A DNA stretch of 64,000 nt, taken from the NCBI RefSeq assembly GCF_018350175.1, contig NC_058369.1:2854001-2918000 (forward strand). Reading direction: 5' to 3'. Both the position numbers and the translations under genes were made by a program. The notes beneath the pieces are model-generated. The model was given only the letters and a program-made list of their open reading frames with translations. It did no database searches and had not been told where the DNA came from. Below are positions 11,001 to 22,329 of the stretch, piece by piece; positions within the stretch are counted from its first letter, which is position 1; every line of letters starts with the position of its first letter. Source of the DNA: Felis catus (Eukaryota).

Positions 11001-14000
11001 GCTTGGCCTTCACAGATCTAGAGCCCTCTCGCCAGTCTCGAACCAGCTGACTCTCTGTCCACAGCTCAAGGACTCTGGGCCAGATGACCCAGTTTCTGGA
11101 CCCCTGAGGGTCTAGAACCAGGTTCAGAGCCCCCCAGAAAAAAAAAAAAAAAAACACCTCACGGCGGACACCTCCACCCTGCGTTTCTAGAATTCTGTCA
11201 TCAGGCTAGAACCAGGCAGTCCCGTTTCTAAAACCAGCAATGTCCTAGGACCAGTCAGCGTCACTCGGTGGTTCTGGAATCCCCCGAATCCATCTAGAGC
11301 CAGTGAGCTTTGACCACCGTTCCAGATTTCTCCCTTGCCAGCCCAGATCTGCAGACGACTCTGTTCCATACTCAGAGAACTGCCCGATCAGAGCAGAAAG
11401 AGACCCCTTGTCACATTTCTAAAACTCACACCGTCCAGAACCCCAGCTGGCTCCCCTCTGTGACTCCAGAACTCTCCGACAGTCTCCGACCACAGAATTC
11501 CGGGGGGGGGAGCGTCCAGAAATGGGCACCACTCCAGAACCACATCTCCCCACTCCACGATTCTGTAACTTCATCGTGACGGCATCGGGTCATGCTTCCA
11601 ACGGTTCTAGAACATCCTCACATAGTTGCGACACTTCAGTTGTACCCGGTAGTTCTAAGAATTTTCGGAGCAGCCCAGCAACAAACAACTCTGCTCAAAG
11701 TTCTAGAATTCCACCAACCCAGCCCAGAAACACGCAGAACGTTCCCCTCCTGGTTCTGTAATTCCCTGAGCAGTCTAGAACCAGACCAGACAGCTCGGTC
11801 AGTTCTAAAGTGTCCTAACCGGAAGCCATTGCTTTGTTTGTTCCAGCTCTGGAAGACCCTAAGCATTCTGGAACAGCAGACAGCTCTACTCGGAGCTTCT
11901 AGAACCGCACCATCCAATATGCTAACAGCCAGGCACATGTGGGTGTTGTGCCCCTGAAATATGCTGTGACCTGTAAAACGCACACGGAATTTTGAAAATT
12001 TAGTAGGAAAAAAACGTAAAAACAATTGTAAGATACCGATTGGACGTTGAAACGACACTCAAATACGTTTGAGTTAGTTAAAATGGTATGAATTTTGGAG
12101 TGCCCGGCGGGGGCGGGGGGGCTCACTGGGTTAAGCATCTGATTCTTTGTCTTGACTCAGGTCATGATCTCACGGATCGTGGGATCGAGCCCCGTGTCAG
12201 GCTCTGTGCTGACGTAGTGGAGGCTGCTTGTGATTCTCTCTCTCCGTCTCTCAAAATAAGTAAATAATTGTGTATATTTTTAACATTTATTTATTTTTGA
12301 TAGAGAGAGAGAGAGACAGAGAGAGAGAGAGCGAGCAGGGGAGGGGCAGAGAGAGAGGGAGACACAGAATCCAAAGCAGGCTCCAGGCTCTGAGCCGTCA
12401 GGACAGAGCCGGACGCAGGGCTCGAACTCTCAGACCGCGAGATCGGGACCTGAACTGAAGTTGGACGCTCAGCCCACTAGGCTGCCCAGGTGCCCCAATA
12501 AATAAATTATTTTTTTAAAATTAAAAAAATGTTACCAGTTTTACTTATTTTTTCTGTAAAGCAGAGAACTAGGAAATCGAAAGTCACTCGTGGCTCATGT
12601 TATGATTCTATTGTACAGCACAACTCTAGAACTTTCTAGAATCAGATGGCCCTATCCACAGTGGCAGAACACCCTCCTTTGGTCTGGAGCGGCAGATAAG
12701 CTCTTTTCCACCCATGATTATGAAACCCCCCAGTCTAGATAGCTCTGTTCATTCCAGAACACTCTCACCAGCCCAGGTTCTCTTAATCTAGAACCACAGG
12801 CAAAATGCCAAAATCTGGAATTACCTGGGTGACTCATAGCTCCACCCCTGATTCCGGCACCTTGTAACCATAGGTCCAAACCAGCTCCCCTTCCCACAAC
12901 CATAAAACTTTGCTCTTTGACTTATAGCCTCAGGTAGTTTAGGTGGAAGTCCTAGAACATTCTAGATGCCCAGAACCAGTTCTTTCCACGCCTTCGGGGC
13001 AGAGATTGACAAACTTCTTATGCAAGGGGACAAACAGTAAATATGTCTGTCTTTGTGGGCCAGACGGTCTCTGTTGCAACTACTCAACCCCTGGCCGTTG
13101 TAACGTGAAAACCACCATAGACAGTCCGTGAATGAATGGGCCTGGTTGTGTCTCAATAAAACTTTATTTGTGGATGCCGAAATTTGAGTTGCACATCTTT
13201 TTATGCATCAAGAAATATTATTCTGTTTTCTTCCAACCGCTTAGAAATGTAAGAGCCGGGGCGCCTGGGTGGCTCAGTCGGTGAAGCGACCGACTCTTGA
13301 CTTCGGCTCAGGTCACGATCTCGCGGTTCATGAGATCGAGCCCCATGTGGGGCTCTGTGCTGACAGCGCGGAGCCTGCTTTGGACGCTCTCGCTCCCTCT
13401 CTGTCTGCCCCTCCCCTGCTTGTGCGCACTCTCGCTCTCAAAATGAAAACATCAAAAAAAAAAATTTTTTTTTAACCTAAGAGCTGGTTAGCTCACGAGA
13501 CAGAACAGGCGACGGGTTGGATGTGGTCCGCAGATGGCGATCTGCCAACCCCTGCTCTAGAGCCCGGTGCTCCACATGGCAACCCTGCCCTTCCGTCCCA
13601 ATTCATTCTAGAACATTCTCACCGGACCGTCTGGAATCTACTCAACCAACCTCAGAGCCTCTCTAGAAGCAACTCGTCACTGGCCAACTCTGTGCCAATT
13701 TGGGAGCCTGAGCTGGGCTATTCTGAAACTGCCCAGTCCCTGCGGCCAGGGTGGACAGGACACTCACCCTCCTGGAGGGCAGGGTATGGCACCAGGGTCT
13801 TGGGGCTCTGGAAGAAGACAGAAGAGGGGCAGGACTGAGTCCCCTGGCTTGGCTGCTGGCAGCAGAGGCGGCCCAGGAGGCGGGACAGGCTCTACCTGGA
13901 CACTGGCAGGGGGCTCTTCGGGAACAACCAGAGGGACTGTCTCCAGCCACGGTTCTGGGGAGCTGCTTGAGCTCCGGCTGCCGGCCTGCTCGGCAGAAGC

Positions 14001-14471
14001 GCCCTCCGGCCATTCCGGGGGGCCGGCATCCCCGTCTGGGTCCTCAGGGGGCTGCAACAGGCGAGGAGCAGGGTCCGGAGGCTCCTTCGGACAAGACTGG
14101 GGAGGAGGACACTCCTGGCAGTGCAGAAGGCTCAGCAGGTCGTCCCGGCCGGCCTCGGCAGACAAGAGCCCATGGGCATCAGCGACGTCCCGGGAGGCCA
14201 GGCCGTGGCCGGTGGCAACGTGCAGGGGGCAGGGAGGTCCGTCTGGGGACAAGCTCGCCAGATCACCAGGCAGAGCCTCAAACTGCTGCACCAGTTCCCG
14301 AATACTTGGCCCATCAAGTTCCATCTGATTCAGGCTGCCGGGGCCTCCCGGCACCGGGTCCCACTGGCAGTTGGGGGTGACGTCCTGAGGGGGTGAAAGG
14401 GCGTCCCTGGGCTCCTCCAAGTCCATAGCTGGAGGGCCTGGGGGAGACTGGGAAGTTGTCAGGGATTCCAT
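8072..14471 (-). CDS. APBA3: Amyloid-beta precursor protein-binding family A member 3 (Mint3/X11-gamma): PTB plus 2 PDZ domains, 578 aa
   Basis: Exons 14471-13896, 13807-13768, 10811-10666, 10497-10411, 10314-10153, 9717-9538, 9452-9240, 8616-8497, 8396-8256, 8143-8072. Total 1737 nt, all GT-AG. Contains [47 protein letters not shown] and the C-terminus [20 protein letters not shown]. Confidence 0.97.
12110..12268 (+). mobile_element. Older Can-SINE
   Basis: gctcactgggttaagcatctga...tcaggtcatgatctcacgg...ctctcaaaataagtaaata. Confidence 0.8.
12277..12496 (-). mobile_element. Can-SINE inserted antisense into the tail of the preceding SINE
   Basis: Reverse-complement SINE body; the A-rich tail resumes after 12497 (aataaataaatta). 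Confidence 0.9.
13000..13555. mobile_element. MER58-like element split by a Can-SINE
   Basis: cagagattgacaaact...tctcaataaaactttatttg... resuming after the SINE as ...aacaggcgacgggttggat...ctgccaacccctg. Confidence 0.6.
13257..13462 (+). mobile_element. Can-SINE
   Basis: ggggcgcctgggtggctcagtcggtgaagcgacc...ctctcaaaatgaaaacatc followed by poly-A. Confidence 0.92.
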
Positions 14472-15072
14472 GCCTGGGCCAGCATCTAAAAGAGAGATTC
14501 AAAGATACGATCTCCTGAGTGCCAACAAGGTACCAGGCTCTAGGTGGGGGCCGCTGGTACAGAACACATAACTTAAGCCGCACCATACCCTCCAAGGAAG
14601 GGTCCGCTATGATCGCCATTGTATAGATGAGGAAACTGAGGCGCAGAACAGGCCGTTGTAAGACAGTAGCTCCACAGGCTCCAAACCCTGATGTCCCGCC
14701 CCCCCCCCCCGCGGCCCTGTACCTGTCACCCCAGGCCTCTCCCAGCCGTGGACCCCGTCACCCCAGACTTAGTTCTTCCACATCTTCCTCCACCGCGACC
14801 TTGTAACCCAGGTGGGAGACACACCCTGACTCTACAGACCCGGTTGGTACAGGTCCATGAGACCGCGGACTCAAGACCTCAGTCTAAGCCGAGATCCAAA
14901 ACCCCAGAAAGCAGAGCCTCGTCTCAAAACCTCCAATGTCACGCTCAAGATCAACCCCAGGCTCTGACCCGGACCTCAGAACCCAGCCTGAAGACCTAAC
15001 TCGAGCCTAAAGCTACAAGTGAAGACCCCGGTCCTCCCGAAGACCCCAGACTCAAGACTTCAGACCCCCTAC

Positions 15073-15260
15073 CTCAGCCGCCGGCTCCAGACCCCGTTCT
15101 GCCCCGTCAGGCCACTCACTTCCCACACCGAGGTGGCCTCAGCCCGCACGGCCCCCAGGACCCCACGCCCCGGCAGGACAGCCCTCCAGTGGCCGCGGCG
15201 CCGGCAGGTCCGTCCGCGCAGCGCTCCCGGCCCACTGGGCTTGCGCACGTTTGCTGGGCC
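15073..15260 (-). other. APBA3: Probable non-coding exon 1 of APBA3
   Basis: CpG-rich. Candidate donors GAG|gtaggg (exon end 15073) and GAA|gtgagt (exon end 15120). Exon-2 acceptor tttag| at 14485. TSS not determinable. Confidence 0.5.
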
Positions 15261-16300
15261 TGCTGGGAAATGTAGTTCTCCCAGCGAGCCTCGCGGCGCC
15301 GGAGCGCCAGGTGTCGGAACCGAGGGTTCGAGTCCAAATGCTCTGTTTACACAGAGTGAGAGCCCGGGCTGGCCTCTGGGCCTGTGTCCTCAATTACAAA
15401 ACGGGGTTAGTGATCATTGCCTGCCTTCTGCGGCTGTGGGCATTATCCCAATGGATGAGAAGAAATGGGACTGGAAAATATCAAAGGGAGAGGCGGTCTC
15501 TTTCGACTCCAGGGACACCGGAAGCAGCGCCGGGACCCTATTTTACATGGACTTCCGGTTTCGCTCACAGTAGGGAGGAGGGATGGCGCGTCCTGGCATA
15601 ACTTTCCCTCCCTGAGCTTCGCTTCCGCAGTTATAAACTGGGGATAATAATAGCAGCTACTTGCTACTGGTGAGGATTAAACGAGATCGAGCTGGCTACA
15701 GATTTAGCAAAAGGGCTGGAGGATAATGAGGCTATTAAGTATTAGCCAATTACTTTTAGGTTTTCAGTAATTGCTCATTGAATAGAATCAGGGATGGATC
15801 AGGTGTGATCTTTAAGTGGTAAGTAACCAAAGAAGGGCAATAAGTAAATGAAATCTCTTTGGAAAGTCCCCTCACACGGTAACTGAAGACCCCTGTAAAA
15901 GAAGTCACGGCGAATGGCTAACGGTGGAGTACTACATTTCCCAGAAATCTCTAGGAGCCTACAACTCCCAAGCACCCCTTAGCCGCTGTCGTCTCCCGGA
16001 AAAGTGCACGTGCGGACAGCTGGCATACGCCATGGCGGCCAGATGCCTCTTCGGGGCTACGCGGACCTGGGCCAGCTGGTCGGCCCGGGAGCTCCCGGTC
16101 CCTGTCGAGCCTGGAAGACTCCTTGTACGGGGTTACGCCAAGAGACCGGGTGAGCTGGGTTAAGAGGGACCCAGATGGGCATGGTTTGGGAATTGGGAGT
16201 TAATAGTGCGCAGGCGCTTGTGTGGGAGGCGGTGCCTAGAATCCGGGCGCGAGCTTAAAGAGGCAGACGCTGAGCTATTTGCGCAGGCGCGCTCTGAGGG
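15240..16300. promoter_or_regulatory. Bidirectional APBA3/MRPL54 promoter with ZNF143/THAP11-type, ETS/GABP and NRF1 motifs
   Basis: ACTACATTTCCCAG at 15261-15278 (-) and 15931-15944 (+); CTACAACTCCCA ~15959-15970; CCGGAAG 15518-15524; ACTTCCGG 15551-15558; TGCGCAGGCGC at 16207 and 16280. Genes are head-to-head. Confidence 0.8.
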
Positions 16301-17582
16301 ACCTAGGAAGGGATTTGGCTCACTGCGCCGGTGCGGGATGTGTTTTGTTGCGGGGGGCGGGGTGTTAGGAACTTGGGTCCCAACTCTTGGGTCACTGTGT
16401 GACCTTGGGCTACCCGCCACCGGAAATTCGAGGAAGCAGAGGGGCCCGTCAAAGTATTAGCCACCTAAGCAAAGGCAAAATCAGCTGGGTATAGCCTTGC
16501 CTGATCTCCTTTGTTGAAAGGAGGGAACTGACCAAATGTTGGGCGTTAAAGACACATACCAGACCTTTTTCTCTGTGAGATAAACAGAAGGTATCAAAAC
16601 AGAATTGGAGAGCAATGACCTGGTCAGTCTGCGCGGCAGTGTTAAAAGCAATATCTGTGTTTCACTTAAAGTCATTCTGGGTGCATGGGGCGCCTGGGTG
16701 GCTCAGTCGGTTGAGCGTCAGACTTCCGCTCAGGTCACAGTCTCACGGTTCATGGCTTCAAGCCCCGCATCGGACTCACTGCTAAGGGTCCTGTGTCCCC
16801 TTCTCTCTGCTCCTCCCCTGCTCTTGCTCTCTGTCTCAAAAATAAGCATTAAAAAAGGTCATTTTGGGTGCAGCAGGCAAGAGTCTAGGGGACCCGGGGG
16901 CCACCCGGAGAAAGGGGTAGAAAAGAAGGCTGGCCTCCTGGGGTGCAGCTGGACACAAACGATTCTCTCCCACCTCCCCCCACCCCCCCAGTCATGAAGG
17001 GGGGCAAAGGCGGCAAAGGTGGTGTGGTCAGCGAGGCCCTGAAGGACCCAGACGTATGTACGGACCCTGTCCGACTCACCACTCATGCCATGGGCGTCAA
17101 CATCTACAAGGAGGGCCAGGACGTGGTCCTGAAGCCAGACGAGGAGTACCCTGAGTGGTGAGTGGGCCAGGCTGGAGACCCGGGACACCAAGTGACGGGG
17201 TGAAGGTGGCCTAGCTGATCCCCTGTGCTTTCCAGAGGGCTTCCCTGGGGAGGTGATGCGTGGCTCCAGACCTGAGTGGGTGGAAGGAGCTTTAAAGGTG
17301 GATGGAACAGCCAGTGCAAAGGCCCTGGGGCAGGACTGCGCAGCCTCTGTGTGGGGCCCCGTGTGCTGCTGCCTCTACCCAGGGTGCCCGGGGTGGGGGA
17401 GCTGTGGGGGTCTGCTGTGCGGCCCTGACCCCTGCCCACACCGCATCAGGCTGTTCCAGATGAACGTGGGCCCCCCCAAGAAGCTGGAGGAGCTGGACCC
17501 CGAGACCCGGGAGTACTGGCGGCTGCTGCGGAAACACAACATCTGGCGTCACAACCGATTGAGCAAGAACCGGAAGTTCTAG
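16032..17582 (+). CDS. MRPL54: Mitochondrial ribosomal protein L54 (mL54), 138 aa
   Basis: Exons 16032-16149, 16992-17157, 17450-17582 (417 nt). [13 protein letters not shown]...[30 protein letters not shown]...EYPEWLFQMN...[13 protein letters not shown]. Confidence 0.97.
16687..16856 (+). mobile_element. Can-SINE with target-site duplication
   Basis: SINE body flanked by gtcattctgggtgca and gtcattttgggtgca. Confidence 0.9.
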
Positions 17583-18759
17583 CAGGGGAAGGCCCCGGGG
17601 CCGCCCTGACCCGTCAGGGACCTCACCAGGCCCGGCAGGAGGACTCCGGAGGCACACAGCGCCTTCCCCATCCTGCCCCCACAGAAGACTCCATCTGCCT
17701 GGACGAAAGAGTTTTCTGAGAGCAGAGGAGGCCCCTCACCTGGTGCCTGGTTGGTCCCCAGAGTGAGGCTGGACCAGGGCCCTGGGGGTCCTCGCGGGCC
17801 CTGGGTGCTGCTGGGTGCCGTCTGCTGCCGGAGCCGGGAGGGAGACTGGGGCAGGTGGGGGGGGGGGGGGCGACTCAGGCCCCGTGGTTCCGTGGCTGCA
17901 GCCTCCCCCCGGGCAGTTGCTGTCCATCTTCGGGATTTCTCACGCCGCCCAAGAGGCCCCAGCTCGTCTTCCAGGAGGAGGTGTTTTTAGACCCACCTCT
18001 CTTGGTTGCAAGGGACTCAACCCTTTTCCGTGCCACCCGGACCGTAAGCGTCTTTGTGGCCTTCGGAAGCCGAAGTGTCTGGGGCGGGCTCGGCCCTGAG
18101 GCATGCTGGCCTCGGGGACTTCAGTGTCCAGGTGTGTGGCTCTGTCTCTGGGTCCTTGTAGCCCCAGGGACTAGTTCTCTTGGACAAGTGTGGCCCCAGG
18201 ACTCCCGGCTGAAGCCCCCTACCTAGTTTAGCAAGCCCAGCCAGGGGGAAGGGACTTGGTTTTCCTCCTTTGGCCAGAGTCATGTGTCGTCTGCATGGGC
18301 CGGTCATTTGAAATAGCCCGGGGACCTGGGCCTCACCACCATCCTCCCGTCCACCCGTCTGGTACCCGGGTCTCGGTCTCCCCCGCCCCCTCCCTCACCT
18401 TCACCCCCGCAGGAGACGCATCCCGGAATCTTGCATTAAGACCCTGCGAACCTGACCCACAGACCTGAGTGAGAACCCCGGCTCCCAGCAGTCCCAACTC
18501 CTGCCCTGCCTGGGACCCAGGGCCGAGGCTGGGGCTTGCAGGGGGTGGAGTGGGGGATGGGATGAGGGCACCCCCTGGGGGCGGGACCAGGGGCCCTGGG
18601 GGCTCCTCTGCTTGTGTGGCTGGGTGGGCGGGGCTGGGGACTAATTCCGTCTAGTCCCAGGAAAATGGAAGTCCTCATCCTCTTAGGAAGACTCTGCCCA
18701 AGCGGATTACTTGCCCTCCCCGTGGCCGCCCAGAGCAGGCGGAGGGTCCCAACCCTCCC

Positions 18760-19215
18760 GTGGATCCCCTTGGCTCTCGGTGTGAAAACAAAGGTTGCCT
18801 CCTGTCACCTCCCTGCGGGCTCCTCGCTGCTCCAGCCACAGGGGCCTCCTGGTGGTTCCTCCCTCGTGCCAACCCCGGTCCTGCCCCAGAGCCTTTGGGT
18901 GTGCTGTTCCCGCTGCCTGGGTGGCTCCCCCCCACCCCCAAGGTGTTCCCATGGCTCCCTCTTTTACCTCCTCCAATTCCGTGATGTCACGTCTGAGAGG
19001 CCCCCGACCGCCCTGTCGAACTACAGTTGCTGCATGCACTCGACTGCCTCTTCTGGTTTTATTTTCTCCCAGCACTTACAGCCAGCTGGTGTTTTACGAA
19101 CGATTGTCGGTGTTTATTTAATTGTGCTTGTGTCTGCCTCCCATCAGAGTGGCAACTCCGTCAGGGTAGGGATTTTTCTCTCGTTCTGTTCACCGTTACG
19201 GCCCCGTCGCGCAGT
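18760..19215. mobile_element. L2 LINE relic
   Basis: caactccgtcagggtagggattttt...ctgttcaccg resembles the L2 3' end. Boundaries approximate. Confidence 0.5.
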
Positions 19216-20313
19216 GGATGGATGGATAGAGGGATCACCGGACGATGGATGGGTGGGGGGTGGGCGGGTGGGCGGCCGGCGGTCAGATGGATGGAAGATG
19301 CGTGGGTGGGCCGTTGACCTGGCTGCCACCGCGCGAAGAAGACAGGGCCAGGGGGCTCCTGCGTGAGGCGTCACGTGAGCCAAGGTGAGCAGGGCAGCTC
19401 GAACCCCACCCAGTGGGTGTGCACTGATGTGAGGACCCGGAAGTGAACCTGTGGTTACTTCGCGGACAGAGCTCAAAGGGAGGGCGGTTACGTGCACCTC
19501 CTGCCTTCCAGCCCCTCCCCTCCTGTCGTGACCTGGGCTGTCCCGTCCTATGGGGAAGTCCCGTGTCCTGCTGACGCTGGGGGGGGGGCTCCGGCCTGCT
19601 CACACCCTGTTCCTTGCCCTCCATGGCCCCCTTGCCAAGGAGTCCAGCCGAGTTCCGGAAGGGTGTCCGTCACGCCCTGGGGAGACATGGCTGGGTTGGC
19701 GGGACAAATGTGGGTCTTGCCAGCAGGGCCCCATCCCGCCCTCACTGGGCTGGGAGACGTGACCGGGTCTGTGGTCAGTGGGGACAGAAGCCACATTTTG
19801 ATTTACAGAGGGAGCAGAGCGTCCGCCTGCTTCTGCCTGAGAACCCGCCGTTTGCGCCCAGCCCGGGTCCCCCCGCGTCCCACCGGCGTGGGCTCGGCGT
19901 GGCACCTGGGGTGTTGGGCTTGGGCAACGAGCTTCAACGACGGCTCCACCCCGAGTGGCTGTGTGGCGGTGGAAACTGGCCTCCCTGGGCCGGTTTCCTC
20001 CCCCGTAAAGCAGCTGTCATGAGGGGTAACGCGACGGGCACGCGGGGGACACACAGTGAAAGACGCCAGGGCCATGGGCGGCCACTGCTGTTCTCTGTCG
20101 CTTCTGAGAGAGCCGGGGCTCCGCCCTGAGGGACGAGGAGCGGGCAGGGGGACTTGGGCGTGTCCTGCGATGGCAGCCTTACTGCCTCAGAGCCTCACGG
20201 TCCACCCCTTGCCCGGCCCGCAGGCGGGGAGGCCGAGGCCCCCGCCAGGCCACCTCCTCCCCGGGATGCAAGGCAGGGGCCCCGGCACGGGTGGCCACGG
20301 GCGGGCCCCAGAC

Positions 20314-21559
20314 TCAGGCGGGAGGCCAGGCCCTGTCCAGAGCCTGTGCGTGCTCCTTGGCCAGCAGCCGCAGGGACGCCTCCTCCAGGGCGAAGCCCTC
20401 CGTGAAGGCTGGGCCAAAGGCGTGGGGCCCGAAGGACGCCTGCAGCCCGGGGCCTGGGCCCAGGAGGCGCGGAAGGCCTGGCACGGCCGGGGGCCCGGGG
20501 CCCAGCCAGGGCTCCAGGGGCAGCGGCATGGCCGGAGGGCGGGCGAACGGCAGGGCTGGGGCCTCGGGGAGCCTCGGGGCTGCCACGGCCCCGGAGCCCG
20601 ACTCCAGACGCTCCTGGCGGCGCCACTTGGCCCGGCGGTTCTGGAACCACACCTGGAGGTGGTGAGAGGGGTGCTCCCGGTTCAGGCTCTGTGGGGAGGA
20701 GCCAGCCCGCCGCTCCCTACCCCCCTGTGTCCTCCTTTGGGGCTCCCTGCTGTGCAGAACCGGCTAGCCTCCCTCTGACCTGCAGTTACTTGCCTCAAGG
20801 AGATGGCCCTCTCTGAGAAGGCCCCCCCCCCACGGCCCCCATCAAGCCGACCTGGGGTCTTCTCTGAAACTCGGCCCTGGGCGCTGAGTCCCAGCCACCG
20901 GCGCAGCATCTGACGCCCGTGGAAAGCCGTTTCTCAGCTGCGGTCGGCATCCCCTTCCACCCGCTTCGCACCCAGCTCCACGGAAACACCCCCGGTGTAA
21001 CCTTCCGCGCCTTTGCATACACTGCTCTGTGCGCCTAGAAAGACACCGCGCTGCCTGCCTGCCTGCGTTCTCTCCCTCCTTTCGTTTTAAATGATTTTAT
21101 TTTTAAGGAATCTCTACACCCAAAGTGGGGCTTGAACTCACAACCCTGAGATCAAGACTTACAAGTTCTACCACCTGAGCCAGCCCCCTTCCTCCTTCCC
21201 GACTGGCCGACTTTCACTCCAGCGCCAAGGTCTCAGTCCCACATCTCCTCCTCCGGGAAGCCTTCCCAGTGTCTCGCCTGCCTGTGCCCCCGGAGGGCCG
21301 AGTGTGGCCCCGGCTCCCTCCCTGGGCTGCCGGCTGCCCTCACCTGCACGCGCACCTCCGGCAGGTGCACCTTGGCCGCCAGCTCCTCGCGGCTGTAAAC
21401 GTCCGGGTAGTGGGAGGCCTCGAACGCCCTCTCCAGCTGGTGCAGCTGGTACGTGGTGAAGGTCGTGCGGTTTCTCCGGTGCTTCTTCTTGGGGGCCTCC
21501 TCGCCCGGGCCCGGCCCCCCGCCCTCTGCCGCAGGCCCCTCACCCGGGCTCAGGAACAT
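20314..21559 (-). CDS. RAX2: Retina and anterior neural fold homeobox 2 (QRX), 184 aa; paired-like homeodomain plus OAR-type tail
   Basis: Exons 21559-21344 and 20652-20314. [64 protein letters not shown]...[23 protein letters not shown]. Exon-2 acceptor at 21620; upstream donor gtgagt at 22031. Confidence 0.97.
21095..21188 (-). mobile_element. Short older Can-SINE (tRNA-derived head only)
   Basis: tctctacacccaaagtggggcttgaactcacaaccctgagatcaagac...cctgagccagcc. Confidence 0.7.
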
Positions 21560-22139
21560 GGCTTGTCCTCACCCCCACCTGGCGGGATGGCAGCAGGGCA
21601 GGCGGTGGTGAGACCCCCAGCTGGGGAGGGCAGGGAGCCCCCCCCCCCCGAGTCCTCTGGGTCTGGGGTTAGATGTTCGAGGAAAGGCGCACCGGGTCCC
21701 GCATTCGCCCTGCCCGGCCCGTCCCTCCGTCCACCTCGGATGGTCTCACTCTCCATCCGCCTCCCCTCCTCTTCTCTTGGGTCATTTTTCTGCACGGCTC
21801 CCTGGGTGCCTGTCCCTCTAGCTCTATTTTCTCTTTCCCTCTTGAGCTCCCCTGGGTTGCCTCTGCCTGCATGTCTGCTTTTGGCTGTCTGTCCGTCTCT
21901 CTCTGTCTAGGACCCCCCCCCCCCCACCTCCGCTGAAAGGGAGGAGGCTGGGACACTGCCCCCATAGTCCTCCGCCCTGAGGGGCTCTCTGCGCCCCAGC
22001 TCCCACTCTTACCCACCTGCCCTGTACTCACCACCCCCAGCAGCCCCTCGATGGCCCCAGTATCCACACGGCCCCCGCCCCAGTGGGCCCAGCGTGTCTG
22101 CTGCTGGCCTGGTCCTGCAGACCCGAGCGGGTTGGGGTC

Positions 22140-22180
22140 CGGAGATGGGAAGATTAGTGCGAGGTGATTAATTGAGGCGG
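22140..22180. promoter_or_regulatory. RAX2 proximal promoter homeodomain sites
   Basis: AGATTAG and GATTAATTGA just upstream of the putative first exon (donor at 22031). Confidence 0.55.
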
Positions 22181-22329
22181 CCCCTCCCGCCCAGGCCCTG
22201 GCTGCTCTGAGCTGCAGAGGGAGGGCGTGGGGGGGGGGGGGAGGAAGGCTGCAGCTCCAGAGGGGTGTGTGCATGGGGTGGGGGGGGGGACCATCGGCCT
22301 GGGTCGGCCTCCCTTCACGGTAGGACACC

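Larger units (their letters stand above)
11017..13667. repeat. Degenerate TCTAGAA-motif array in an APBA3 intron, interrupted by SINEs and MER elements
   Basis: 16 exact TCTAGA hexamers counted by eye, plus many one-mismatch variants (TCCAGAA, TCTGGAA, TCTAAAA). Confidence 0.75.

Noticed and set aside
14740..15100. AGACCC/CTCAAGA-rich degenerate repetitive tract in APBA3 intron 1
   Set aside because: No consistent period or motif could be defined.
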